Made by a program: the position numbers and the translations under genes. The notes under the pieces are model-generated. The model made no database searches. It worked only from the letters and a program-made list of their open reading frames with translations, and had not been told where the DNA came from. Shown here in pieces: positions 1-13,700 of a stretch of DNA of 64,000 bases (its first letter is position 1; each line of letters begins with the position of its first letter). Location of the stretch: positions 65,872-129,871 of the forward strand of contig CALSCP010000733.1 of the NCBI GenBank assembly GCA_943704425.1, written 5' to 3'. The DNA comes from Ministeria vibrans ATCC 50519. Its lineage: Eukaryota; Protista; Filasterea.

Positions 1-3000
1 TCGTGCTTTTCCATGCGATTTCCATAAAAAATTGTGCGCACATTGTGCTCTTGCGAGCGAACCGACAAAAACTGAAAAAGCTGAAACTTCTGACGCTCCG
101 TCAGCATGTGGTACTCGTCCACGACGAGCCACAAACGGCCCTCGCGACCACACTGACGCGCCAGGAGCGACACCAGCGCCTCTTCAACCAAGACACTGTT
201 GCTCGCGTCAAAGTACTGAAACTGACCGCCATACTCCTTCGCATCTTTAGCCCACAGCCTGCTCACCACCTTCTCCATGTAGCTCGTCTTACCCGCACCC
301 GGCGGCGAAATCACAATCATTGCGCGAAGTTTCACCAACGACTGTTGCAACCCACCTCCCACATTGGCTTCCGTGCAACGAAGCAGCTCTTTGAGCTGCT
401 TCTTCCAGTCACCCCGATAGTTCGTGGACGAGCCGAGCATGAGCCAGCCGCTTTGATCGTCATTACTGTCAGGCGTCGTACTGTCCGGATCGACATAGTT
501 CACATTCTCAATGGACGGTGGTGCACTCGTCGCGTCATCATCGTGGTCGGCCGGATGTGCCATGGCATATTCCAGTTCAACTAGAGTTGGCCGCACAAAG
601 TGGTCAAAGTTGCAGCGGTCGCGAATTTCCGAAAAGTTGCGGTCCGTGTCGAGCTCCTCAAAGTAAATGTAGTGGAATGGCACTGCCTTTGTGTACTCGG
701 CACACCATTTGAGTAGCGCGTCGGAGATGCGTCGTACTCCGTGCACGTACACAATAAGAGTGGCGGACGAGAAGGTGCGTACAATGTGCCGATAGAGCTG
801 ATCGTCCGACGTGAGTCCTTGCTTCCGCAACAGCGCCACGTTGACAAAGTCAACCGGAAAGAGACGCTCGCTCAGGAGATAGCGTGTCGCAACGGAGCAC
901 ACAAAGAGTCCGTACACGCTACTCGTGTGTCGTACAAATTCGTCGACGCCGTGCGGCAAACGCGTGTACTCGCGCAACACGTGCGACTGCTCCTCGTCAC
1001 GGTTTGGATAGGTGTCTGCCAGAGAAAACGCGACGATGGCGTGACGTAGTTGTTCACTCGCATTCAAAAGCTCGGGCAGTTGGTACTCGTGACTCAAAAC
1101 CAGCCGTAACATCCACCGAATCGTCTCGTTTGCAACCGGTGCTGTAATGCACGCACAAATCCACGCGTGCAAATCCGCCGACATATTAGCCAATCGTCCG
1201 TTGAGAGTGTCGTTGCGCAGGATGTAGCCAAACGCGTGCTGAGCAGCACCATCCTGTCGTTGATTTGCTCCACAGCGCACAAACACCATCTCGCCGGCAT
1301 GATGTGTGCGCACCTCGCACACCATGTTCGCCAGACCGGGTGGAATGAATCGCTCGTCGCGCTCGACACGAAGACAGGAGAAAAGTTTGACGTCGGAACG
1401 AATCTGTCCGTCGCCCCACCCTTGAACCCGTGACTCCTCGCTCAGCAAACCAAAGTTTTTGGCCTCGTCAGCACTCGACACACCCAGCATATTTTTCGCC
1501 TTGAATCTCTCGGGAATGCCCCCCAACAGAATCATCTCTAACAACTTGTCGTGAGAAGAAGTACTCTGTGACACAGCCAGTCCATTGCGTAGCACATCGC
1601 GCACCGTCTCGTTCACAAGATGTGATGGAAGCCACTGACGAAGTGTGCTCTCCTCCAAGAAATCACTGTTTGAAGAAGGTCCGTTGGAGAGCTCCTCTGT
1701 AGCTTCCTCCTGACCGAAGGGGCCTGTAAACATGTCTTCATGGTTCTCCGCCAAGAAATCACTGTTTGAAGACGGTCGGTTGGGGCGCTCCTCTGCAGTT
1801 TCCCACTCGAAGCCTGTAAACATGTCTTCATGGTTCTCCGCCAATAAATCACTGTTTGAAGACGGTCCGTTGGAGCGCTCCTCTGTAGCTTCCTCCTGAC
1901 CGAAGGGGCCTGTAAACATGTCTTCATGGTTCTCCGCCAAGAAATCACTGTTTGAAGACGGTCGGTTGGAGCGCTCCTCTGCAGTTTCCCACTCGAAGCC
2001 TGTAAACATGTCTTCATGGTTCTCCGCCAATAAATCACTGTTTGAAGACGGTCCGTTGGAGCGCTCCTCTGTAGCTTCCTCCTGACCGAAGGGGCCTGTA
2101 AACATGTCTTCATGGTTCTCCGCCAAGAAATCACTGTTTGAAGACGGTCGGTTGGGGCGCTCCTCTGTGGCTTCCTCCTGGACGAAGGAGCCTGTAAACA
2201 TGTCTTCGCGCTCGTTGAAATCAATTAATGCCTTCCAAAAGTCGCTCTTTTCAGCGTCTAGCTCTGGTACTGCTTCACCCGACGCAACTGGACTGATGAG
2301 GCGTCGCGATTGCTCCAAGCAATTCCAAAAGTCGCTCTTTTCAGCGTTTAGCTCTGGTGCTGCTTCACCCGACGCAACTGGACTGATGTGGCGTCGAGAT
2401 TGCACCACGTGATCCGAGAGCTCGCCAAATGCCTCCGAAGAGTCGCTCTCTTCAGCGTCTAGCTCTGGTGCTGCTTCACCCGACGCAACTGAACTGATGA
2501 GGCGTCGCGATTGCTCCACGTGATCCGAGAGCTCGCCCAACTTACCTCGGAGCATGCTCGCCACCGTCACCTTGTCATCCTGACAAGCATTTGCATGCTT
2601 CCAAAGTTGGTCACCGACCCACTTGTACAATTGGTCCTCCTCGGACAGGCTCGAACAAGGTGCTTCGGGCGCAGAAATAGGCCCCTGGCCGCTGTAGAGT
2701 GCCATGGCAACAAGCACCGAGAGAAAATCATAGTACTCGGACACGAGTCCAAAGTAATTCAACATGGGTCCCAGCACAAACGCATCCGCAATGCAGTCGG
2801 AATCCGCCTCAAGGTTCACCGCAATGGGGCACAGCTGTTTGGTCGTCTGCGACTTCTTCAAGACAATGCCGTCACCCACCACAATGGCGTTCTCCGGCAG
2901 GTTGTTCACCAAAAAGCGCCAGGCTAACAGATTCGATGGGAAAGTCACCAGTGGGACCTTCTGGCGCACTGCATTGTCGTGTCGTCGCCCTTGTGACGGC

Positions 3001-6000
3001 AAGAAAAAGTTTGTATTGAGCAACTCAGCCTTGGACAGCAGCTGATAGGTGCTGCACGTCTCAAAGACATCATACCCGTCAGCAACATCCTTCACCAGAG
3101 CGCCTCCGGGCCCATCGATCACCTCAATCACATCAGCGCACAGCGAAATCTCGGTATTCCACTTGTCCGAGGACACACTTCGACGACGCACGAGCGATCG
3201 AGCCTGGACAACAAAGTTCCTCTCGTTCTTGTCACCAAACGAAAAAGAAATGATACCCTCCTGCAGGTCCATCATGGACAGGCGGCTCGACGCGCGCTGA
3301 GCAACATCCACCGCCGCGCCGCTGGCCGCTTTCGACTGGCCATCGTCGACAGAAAGTGGGTGCAGCAAACTCGGCACCGAGCCGTGACGGCCACACGCAT
3401 CAACAGTTCGACTCATACCACCGCTCTCGACCCGGCCAAGCTCACTGCTGTCGCACGACGGCGCACCATCAGCAACGGAGCCCATGAGAAGCTGTTCACA
3501 CTTGTGGCGTGTAGTCTTGTCAGAAAAGTCAAGGTCTGTGACACGATCCGGCTTACGACTGTCAACACGTTGAACAGCTTCTCCAAGACTGTCGAGCACC
3601 TGGGCAATGCCAGTCGCATCCGATTTTGCACCTTCGGAGAGATGAGTCTTCAGCAAAAACGACCGTGCCTCGCGCAACGTGATGTCACAGCAATCGTGGG
3701 GTTCTCGCACAGACCACTCCTTTAACGCCAGTTTCAACATGATCAATCCAGTCTCATCGGGTTGGTCTGCCACAGCGACGCCGCGGTCGAGACCACCGCT
3801 ACCGTTCGAGAAGCCAATGCCGCGAATAAGCCAGCGAAAAACACGGGGAAGAGTATTCGTGTTCGTATTGGTGTTCGTGTTGTGCCACTCCTTTGTCCGC
3901 TGTACCATGTCTTTCAACATGGGCTCTGCTACCTTCCGAGCTTCGCCAGCCTCCTGATACATCGCCTTGATCAGGTGCGCAAACACAGAGACGCGCTCTT
4001 CCGCCAGCGTCTCGTTCAGTGACTCCACCAGCGCAAGCACGGCCCGATGCCACAACTGATCGTAGTTGTGTCTCTCGGTGGCAGCAATGGTAATACCGGG
4101 CGCTTTGTCGGCGGGCAGAAACGAGCACAGAGCCTGAAGTGTGAGCGCACGATCATGCTGAGACGGGCCAAAGTAGCGCACAAGGGAGAGCGATGAGCGT
4201 TCGTGGACATCAAGTGCTGAGGGTACAGGGGTGTAGCATGGTTGGGCGAGAAACGAGTCAAGGGTGGAGGAGGACCATAGTGGTTGCTCAAGGTATTCGT
4301 CTCCGAGAGTCTCCTTGATCGTCTTGCACAGCACAGAGAGTGAGACCTTCAAAGCCGCAAACCAGGCACATACCAGGTTGTACATGTAGCGAACGTTCGC
4401 GTTGGTGACCTCAACACCGCGCGTTTTCGGAGAAAAGTTGGGATAAGAAGCACAACGTTCGGCTTGTCGGCGGTGATGGGCCGCAAGCAAAACTCGGAAA
4501 TTGGTGCGCATTAAATCCTCATCAAAGCCATTGTCCACCACAATGTTCCATTGACAGGGAGCAAAGGTGAGCAAAGTGTCCAGCTCGCAAACTTTTTCCA
4601 GCTTCAACGACTCCGCGACACGCTGCCACATCATGCGCCCGTCGCTCTTTTGCTCGTGTACACTAATGTAGAATACACGGTCATCATGCTTCTGGCCGAG
4701 AAGAAAGGTCTTCGTTTCCGGCATGGGAGTGTACTTGTGAAACGCTTGATTAAAAGTGATCAGCAACGGGAGCGGTAGTAAGTGAGGCAAAACGAACCAC
4801 TTGCCCAACGTTGAGCAGCCGAGCGGACCGAGAGCACGCGTGCGCATTGGAAATTCAACTTTGAGACGGTTGATCAGGACGAACGTTGCATTGTCAAGGC
4901 GGCAAGGCGATCCGTCAATGGCGTCGGGTCGCAATGGCAACTCTTGCTCTGGATTGTGCACCCATAGCAAAGCCACAATGGCGTGCATCGCTTGAAAATT
5001 AACAATCGGCTCACTGCCATTGACAAGTCGCTGTGTCATATAGCGCAAAAGCGCGACCTGAGCACTGTGCGATAGTCGAGCCACGTCACGTTTGCCAACT
5101 TTGATGACACCATCCGCAAGCGGTACCGGTGAGACGGAGTTGCACCAGTGTTGCAGCACAGCATCATGCAGCGAGGTCATGCCGTCGGCTTCGAGTGGCA
5201 AACCATTGGTTGTCGAAGGCGAACGAGCCTCATCGGACGGCGAGAGGTGCGACCAGGCGCCCACAAGTTTCTCAAGGTTGTCAGTCTGCAGAAACGCAAC
5301 TGACCACAAAACACGCAAAGCTTCGTGCTTGGCATCGGGAAAATCAAGCGATCCGCAGCTCCGCAAAAAGTAGAGCACCGAGAGCTGTGGCTGCACCAGT
5401 TCACCGTTCGTCATGACACAGTCGGCAATGTACGTGGAGACAGAGGCACTGTCATTTCCATAGGCCCTCTTGGCCCTTTCTATCACAGTCGTAGCCAGAA
5501 GATCGGCAGCGCAATGGGACGAAAGCAACGACAACAAAAGGGCCACAAAAGCCGGTGAGAATTCGCCATCAAAGCTCGAAATGTCCTCAACTGACACAGG
5601 CTTCTCCTCGTCGGTCATATCCAGCAATTGGTACACAAAGCGCGCTAGAAGGGTTTGACGAAGAATGCTGTTGGTGTTGCGCACAGACGAGTGCAATATG
5701 GCCTGCAGCAAGCACAGTCCATACTTTGGCGCATTTTTCAGCACCTTCTCTTCCAACTCCTCCCGAGAGCCCACAATAAGGCGAGCCGCTACTTCGGCTT
5801 GCTGAATAAGAAGCAGTGGTGGCGAGTCAAGTTGAATCAGCACGCGCAGCAGAGGGGGCCACTGAGTTGGCGAATCGCCCACACGAAAGTGGACACCAGC
5901 ACGCAACACAACCGCAGTGTGCTTGTTGCTGAGCGTGATTCTGGCATCGCAAAGTTGCTCGAAAAAGTTGGTGGCCTTGGTCGCGTGGAAGTAGGCAATG

Positions 6001-9000
6001 GAGAGTGCGGAAAAAGCAGCGGGAATGCGCTCTAGACTCCAATCGCACACGTGAAAAAGATTGTCAATAAGATGTAGATGAGGCAATGCGCTGGGAAGTG
6101 GACTGCTCGATTTTTCCATCGCAATAGGCATAAGGCACCGTGTGAGCTGCTGCAAGGTACGTTCCTCGGCGCCCTGCAGCACGCTATCAAGGACCCTTGC
6201 GTCCAGCTGCATAATGAAGCGCAGAGGATGGGAGCACATTGCAAGTGCGTCAAGAAATGCAGTGAGACTTGGGGGGGACTGTCGGAAGGGCACCCCAAGT
6301 TCGTTCCACGGTAACTCTTCCCCTCGCGTCGCAATTTGCAACACAGCTGTGCACACGCCTCCCTCCTCAAAGTCAGCAATTGATCCACGCGCCGCATACT
6401 TGATATTGGCGTCAAGAGAGGAACTCGCACTCGACGGTAGACACAGTGTCTCAAGTAGAGAAAGACCCGAAATGTTCGGCAGTGTCGGTAGAAGCGAGTC
6501 CAGACCCTTCAGGACAGCTGAAATGCGCTCCCCCTCTCTCTGATCCGATGCAATCGCAACGTGAAGAAAGGTGTAGGCCCACAGACGCAAACAGTTGTGG
6601 TGGTGCAGAACTTGTGCGCACGATGCCGTAGCGTAAAACTGGTCAAAAGAGAGCAGGCGTGCGGGAGTGTCGCACCCAACGCCCCAGTTTTGCACAAGAA
6701 GGTCGACAAGTGACTTGAGCCAGATAGTCACTTGTGTCGCGCGACCCGCTCCCTGCGCTCGCGGCTGCTCAGAAAAAGCACTGTCAAAGACAGCCTGGCA
6801 AATCACAAGCACTCCGTCCAAAAGATGCTCAGGAACACCAACGTCGGTAAAATCCATCTTGTTGAAAACAGTGCCCGGTTGGCTCTTGGTGAGCATGTCA
6901 GAGAGCGGCAGAGTGACGTGACGACCCAACAATGTCCAACAAATCCACAGCACCCTGCTGCAGTCGGGGGCGCCGGAAGCCTCGTCAAGACGTGCACTGG
7001 CAGGCGTGGCGGGCTCTTGTAATGTCGACGAATCCAGGTCGTCGTTCTCGCCACCGATATCCTCCGTGCGCAAGGAAGGGGGCACGTAGTGAGAAAAGTT
7101 AAAGATGCAGTTGGAGTTTGTGTCAAAACGGTCCAACTCGGAAAGGGGAATGAGAGATGACAAGACAACGATTGTCTTGATGCCCTCTCGGACCAACGTA
7201 CGCACGGCTGTGAGACGCTCCTCCGCTCCCAACAGGTGACTCCGTCGCAGCACGGCCCATACCATTTTCTTGCGACGCTCCCGACGAGTCGACAGCTGGA
7301 GAGTGGCAAGACGTTCAAAGAAGTCCACATCACCACAATCCAGAAGCACTGGGTGCCCGAGAGCAACAGGTAAGGACTTGGTATGACGGGCTGCTTCCTC
7401 AACGCCACGGATGAGACGATCCGTCACAACAGCGTCTCGCTGAACTACCACCGCGACCTTGGCGCTGAGATTCGGCTGGCCGACTTCCATCGTCGTTGTC
7501 GCATTCGTCTCTGGTGTACTGTGTTGTTGCTGAAAGGCAGCACCACCGTCGTTGGGCACGCTCAGGAGCCATTGAAGCAACGACTCGCGCCAGCTGTCGA
7601 GGTTTCTGTTGCGCTCCTCAATGGCTTTCCAATCACGCAAGCTCATCCCCGTCATCTGGTCCAGCAGACTATCAGTCATGCGGAAAAGGAGCGCAAGAGG
7701 GCTGTCCTTGGCGAAATCAACGGCGGGTGAACTGACCATGGCGGTGGTGCGCGAGGAATGTAGAGTGGGTGCGAAAATATGTGCGGCGAGATCGGTGGAG
7801 CGCAAGTTGTTGATCAGCGCAGGGCTGTGTTGCAGTACAATACGAAGAGATCCAGCGTCACCAAGAAAAGGGTGCACAAAGCGCGCCATGGCACTGGCGG
7901 AGATGGGCTCGCCGAGGGAAAGAAAGGCAACGGTAAAGCAACAGCTTTGCTCCAGCTCGCGCAATCGAGCGGTCATAGCTGCCAGGTTGGAGCGCGCCAA
8001 AGTGAGACGTACAATCACAGGGCGCCAGGTGTCCCACGACTCGGCCTGACACACATGGAGAAGACGTGTGAAATCTTTCTCGTCGAGCACGAGAAGCCGA
8101 CGACTCGAGTCCATCTTGTCTTCGCTCAACACCATCATCAGGAGATTCGTCTCATCGACGGGCATATCGCGAGAGCGCTTCAACCGAGAGCTCCAGAATT
8201 CGTCTGATAGCTTCAGTCGGTTCTGCTCCTGGTCGACCAAATGGCGCAAAGACGCTGGCATCATCTCGGTGAAAATGGGATTTTGCAGGAGTGACTCGAC
8301 CACATCATTCTGTGTCTGCGTGGCACGCCCACTCGTGCGAAGCAGAGTGTAGGCGCTGATGGCGGCAAGCATGGAGACGGCATCAACGGAAAGTGCCGCC
8401 GCATTCGCTTTGGACGATTTGTTTTTGTTTTTGATGAGTTTGATGAAGTCGCGTACACGACTACGGAAGGTGGACTTGGAGTTGTCGGGAAGCTTGAAAC
8501 GCAGCCCAAGCACAATGGTGGCTGACAGACCGTCTGCACTACGAGATGAATAGGTCTGACTGCGAGGGAGCGACAACTTGACAGGATCATCCAGCTGGCT
8601 CGAGGCAATGGAGTACTCAAGCACGTCGGTGTCCAGCTCAAACTTGAGCGTCATTGCGCTGTGGCCTTGCAAAAGCTTGTGACCGGTAAAGGCAAGAAAG
8701 CGATCGGACTTGAGGAGGCGGTGTTGAAGCTGAATGTCGACGCTGTAGGGGTCACTCAGCAAATCGTTGCTGGCACGCTCGGACAAAGATGATTCGCGTA
8801 AGATGCGCTCACTCTCGACGGCAATCTCAAAGACTTCAAGCTTCTGACCGTCCGTGTTGAGTGTGGCAACGCACACTTCCAGCAGACTCTGCTTAACATC
8901 AGCATCTGCGGCACAGCGTACCACGGCTTGACTGCGAGAGATACCGCCAGACGAATGGGAGGCGACCATGGTCGGGCCAGAGGATGCAGTAGAGGAGACG

Positions 9001-10444
9001 GTCGCAGGCAAGGAAGACAGGTTGGCTAGCAGATCTTGCAGAGAGATATATTCGTCCCGCATCAGGCCAGCATTGCGATGGCAGTTCACAAAGACATTGG
9101 AGAAGATCTCCTTGAGAAGCGGGCGCGAGCGTGTGAGGTACGGGTTGCTGCGTGTGCCTGACTTGAGACCAAAAGCGGCAAGGTCAAAATCATTGGCGAG
9201 AGCATCAAACAGAAGTGTAAGACGAGGGGGTCCGAGCGTGCTGATTATTTCAGTAGGATAATCCTCGGTGAGACGCTGAATGGCGCCAAGGACTGGGGAA
9301 GCGAATTCAACGAGTTTGCGAGTCTCCGGAGGGTGAAGGAGATATTCGCAAAGAGTCGAAGGATCGCGGCGCCACGAAATGAGCTTGTAGCAGAGAAGCC
9401 GAAGGCGTGCGTGTTCGAGGGTACCCCGGTCAACGGTGTTGTGTAGCGAGAGCGCCGAGTCCGCCTTGGAACAGAGGCGCTCCACAAGGTCGAGAGACGA
9501 GCGAGCTTTGATTGTGGATTTGACGGCATCCGGGACGTTGTGGAAGAGGAGGTCGCAAGCGATCGTTGTACACCGCTTGATCGGGTGCAAAAAGAGCCAC
9601 ACCCGCGCGGCTCGCTTGACAAGGTCAGCAGAGAGAGAGGCGTTTGATTCCAGACGGAGGCGCATGGCATTGCCATCTTTCGCCTCGTCCGCCGCATCCT
9701 TTATCTCCTTCCAGTCGCCAGCGCCACACCAATCTTCCGCCTTTTGTACGTTTGGCTGCGAAGAAAAGAATAAATACAACAAATAAATAAATGATAAATA
9801 ATAATGTATGTACATACTTGCATGAGGACAGACCACTCCATGCGCTCCGAAGAATCACACTCTCTGCTCAGTTGAAAGATCAGTCTCCAGCACTTGTCGA
9901 GTGTCTCCCTCCGGCGCTCCTCCGTCAGGAACACCCTTGACCTCAGCAGCGACGTGTCCTTGTCCAGATCCGTGGGCTCCTTGGGCCAGGCCCCGCCGTG
10001 CTCGTGCAGCAGCTTGCACATCTCGTAGGAGGGTAAAATAATTTTATCCCGTTCATTCGGCTCCAACAGCTTCACAATCGTCACCCTACACCAACAATGC
10101 AGACACGTTTAACATTTTATTCCCAGCATTCCAGCAAGGTCACTGTCAGACGCGAAGGAGAGGAGGAGAGCGAACCGATTTTTTTTTTTTCTCTCCTCTT
10201 TTTTTTCTCCACAACCAACGTACGCTCGAACGGCTCTTGGAAGACTCAATCCAGCACTGCCCTCGCCCTGCCACTCGGAGCAGCCAAGCGCGCGTTGGAG
10301 GATGGCATAGAGGCCGTGGGGCGACTCGTCGTGGAGGATTGCGGCGATGCCCTTGAGCGACGATGGCGCGGGCGCGTTGTGTGATGGCGGCGGAGGGGCG
10401 ATCCAAGACGCCCCGTGCTTGTGCGGGCGCTTCCCTGACGGCAT
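1..10444 (-). CDS. Giant multi-AAA-like P-loop NTPase, gene A (3' end outside the window, at least 3414 aa); predicted exons 10224-10444, 9818-10085, <1-9755
   Basis: The ORF track lists no minus-strand ORF in the frame with codons at 3k..3k+2 between 3 and 9755, consistent with a stop-free frame running off the edge; the long stretches I translated had no stops. Translation gives Walker A MIVISPPGAGKTS (~285-325), Walker B LWLVVDEYHML (~102-135) and sensor-1-like TIFYGNR (~15-35). Two upstream exons join in frame through GT-AG introns (phases 2 and 0). Confidence 0.88.
1655..2210 (-). repeat. In-frame coding tandem repeat in gene A: six units of 90/96 bp forming a 186-bp higher-order dimer
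   Basis: AAACATGTCTTC recurs at 1728, 1818, 1914, 2004, 2100 and 2196 (spacings 90, 96, 90, 96, 96). Units encode EDMFTGPFGQEEATEERSNGPSSNSDLLAENH and EDMFTGFEWETAEERSNRPSSNSDFLAENH. Confidence 0.95.
2235..2540 (-). repeat. Second in-frame coding repeat in gene A, three copies (spacings 90 and 111 bp)
   Basis: TCAGCGT(C/T)TAGCTCTGGT(A/G)CTGCTTCACCCGACGCAACTG occurs at 2251, 2341 and 2452; it encodes roughly QSRRLISPVASGEAAPELDAEKSDF. Confidence 0.9.
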
Positions 10445-10726
10445 GATCCCTCAGTCGCAACAGTACACACACACACTCACACACACCGAGTCCGTCTCGA
10501 AACAAACGAAAAGATTTGAGAGAGTGACTGAGATTTATTTATTTGTCTGAGAATAAATAAACGAAGAAATTATCTTGTCGTTCGTTTTTTTCTCGAGGTT
10601 GATGCAACGGAAAAAAGTAAGTTGATCAAGTCCCAAAAAACGGCCAAGTCAATGAATTTCTTCTTCATACGCTCTTGAAGTCTAAAGTCCCTTTGCTTGG
10701 CTGGCCACTGCAGTCTCTCGACCGTC
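10445..10726. promoter_or_regulatory. Putative bidirectional promoter / shared 5' region of genes A and B
   Basis: 282-bp interval with an AT-rich core between the divergent ATGs at 10444 (-) and 10727 (+). Inferred from position only. Confidence 0.5.
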
Positions 10727-13700
10727 ATGTCGGTTCCCGAGGACGATTTGGTCGCCAATAAGCACCTTGAGGAACTCAACATCTGCTTTGAGAATGCCTG
10801 GGCCGAAGCCCGCACGCTTCCGGTCTTCCGCGACATGCTGCATGCAGTGTACGAGGATGATCCAACCAATGGTGCCCAGCCGGAGCTGCTTGGAGCCAAG
10901 GCAATGAGGTAATGGCGATTCTCGCTTACTCTGTTTCTGTCTGACTTTATTTTCTCCCAATCCATCAATGAGCCATCGCCCTTTTAAAAATGCATTGCTG
11001 AAGGAAGATCCTTCTTCCATCTGCACATTTGGCCGCTACTGCGGATGATCCATGCTTGGCCAAGGCCCAACAACGACTAACCACCCCCAATCATAGTTCG
11101 TTTGACGAGGCGCCCGACGAGCAGCAAGACATCTTCCTGTACATGCTGTGGGTGCTGTCCCACTTGGTCAACCAACATGGAGTCGTGGAACCGCTCTCCC
11201 GCTTGTCTACGCCTGATATTAGCCAAATGAGCATTGAAGAATTCCAAGTACGATCAATTCATAATAATTATTCATAATAATATTTTTTTTTCTCCTGAAA
11301 CTCACAATCTCGAATAATTCATGTAGGTCATCTTTCCCGCCTTGCGATTGTTTGGAGACGCCCTCCGCGACGACTGCACCGGCTTCATCCCACGGAATTT
11401 TTTCTGCGGCGCAAAACTTTTCACGCAAAATACGTTGAGCTCGAATTCGGCTATGAAGGTCCACGAATCGTTGACGAAGAGCTGGAACGATGTGATCGAG
11501 AAAGGCCAACTGCCACATCATTGCTTGCTGTCCATTGGCGATTTCAACATACTGCGTGTCGTGCAGGAACTGCGAAACAAAGTCTTTGGCAAGCTTTGCC
11601 CGCTTGTGTCGCAAGCCGAGCAGGAGGTGAAGGAGCTGTTTGCGACGTGGAGCGATTTGCTCGACGTTGATGATCGTGCTGCGTTTGATGAGTTTAAGGA
11701 GTTGCTCGTTCCCACGATCATCAACCAAAATAACCAGCCATCTCGTCAGAGAAGCGCCGTGCAAGAAGCAAAATTCCATCGCCCTTTCCCCATTCCGCTC
11801 CCGCCCAAGTTCTCTAGCTCTGGCGAGGATTCCGCCAAAGTGCATCAACTCCTTCACCGTCTCACTTGCAGCGACTTTGCCTTGTGGGCTCACCGCTTCA
11901 AGAAGTCCAGTACGTGCACACCACTCGCAAACATACTCACTCACAATCTTGCCACTTACACAGGGGAGTCGCACCAGACGGATACTCACCGTGACCACTC
12001 TTCCAAATTGGTATTGGATGTGTTGAAATTGTCAGATGACAAGGCTAAAACACGCGAAGATTACCTGTGGCGCAATGCGAAGCTGAAGGACTTTGTTGAG
12101 AAGTGCGAGTCCAAGTGTCTGCTAGATGTCGATTTGAAATTGGAGCGCACCTATCGCTCCTTCTGCGACACGATCCGCCAGGACTGTTTTCAGACACGCC
12201 AGGCCGAGGCACTCGCGGAGGAGCGCAACAATCCCATGCTACTCCTTCTGGACCTGCACGAGACGTTCGAGATCAGCGGCACTCCGGTCAGTCTGGGCGG
12301 CTCGGCCACCACACGTTCAACTCCCACCACTGCGAGCGCAGCCGGTTCTAGCGCACCTCCCATTCTACCGCTACCCCAACGAGACGCTGGAGAGGGTGGT
12401 GGCGACGGTCTTGAGGACAATGCCGAGCAACACACGCGTGCAGTCTTTCTCTACGGCTACCAGGCCGGCTCGAGCAGCACGTCGAAGCGCATGCGCTACT
12501 CGGTCCCTGTCAAACTCGCCGACAAGGATGGCATTGCCAACATTGAAGTGCGAACGGTCGCTCTCCCATTGCACATGCTCTATCTGCTTCTCGACACTCG
12601 TGACAGCGAGGAGTACTTGCGAAAGCTCTCGAGCGACGAGACAAATGAGGCGTCGGGCGAGTCGATGCGTCGCCGCGTCGTTCTCTCCTTTTGCAACGAG
12701 CAAGAATTCGGCGTGTACTCTCAGAAATCTTCTAACGCGTCAAGTCGGCGGCCCACTCATTGGGAGGAAATGATCACCTCTCTGAAGAAAGAATTCTCCG
12801 ACTTGATTATTTCTCTTGAGCCCGAAAGCGGCGCGCACGAAAACGGCAGCGATCGCATAGCAGATGGTCCCTCCAACCTGCGTCTGTCTCTCTCCAGCTG
12901 CATTGTCAAAGAACGCCACAGTGTTGCCAGTATGACAAGCGTTGTGCCAATGCCCGCCACAAAGAGCGTCATTCGTGTCAAGATGGGGCGCAACGAGACC
13001 GAATTGGAGGAGTGCATAACCATCGCCTCGTTGGTGTGCTGCTCCAATGTGCCCGAGTCTGTCAGCACCAAAATTATCCAACGCTTCTACGACACGGCGC
13101 ACGACATCAAGAGTGCCTCTCTGCGCACCTCGGCGCGTACCCTCTGCGACGCTGTCATGGTCAAGTCGCTCACACATGTGTGGGTCAACAGCGAGGCTGT
13201 GGACGATTCGGACGCCAGCGAAGCGCGCTCTTCACGTCCTCTCGCGACGTCGACAGCGCCTGCCATGAGCCTTTCCAGCGCGTTTATCACAGAAGACTTT
13301 CGTGAGCTTTTGAAAGTCCTGCCCAAAAACGATGGCTCGGCGGCAGCCCGCGAGCACTTCAGTCGCATCCTCTACATTGCCTTTCCGGGCCTTCTTCACA
13401 ACCTTTCGATACACCACTTCTTCCAATATCTCAACTCCGATCCGCCTACGTGGCCAACCGCCGCCGTTATGCCCTCCTTTACGGACCTCCTTGCCTCGAC
13501 ACCCTTCATGCGGGCGCGCAATCTCAACAACACTAGTCTACGTGCAACCTCGGCCGACGTGGCCGACATTCTGTCGCTCCTCTACAGCGGCGCTGTGTCC
13601 TCTGCAGTCTTTCTTATCCGCGCCTGCCATCTCAAGATCCTCAACATGGCCATTGTTGATTTTATTCGCACACCTTTCACGCGCTTTGTCATCGACGGCA

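Noticed and set aside
1655-2210. Regularly spaced repeats resembling a CRISPR array
   Set aside because: The intervening sequences are themselves repeated, unit lengths are multiples of three inside a eukaryotic exon, and no cas genes are present.
1613-2224. 203-aa minus-strand repeat ORF in the track
   Set aside because: It is an alternative frame of the repeat inside gene A's long exon.
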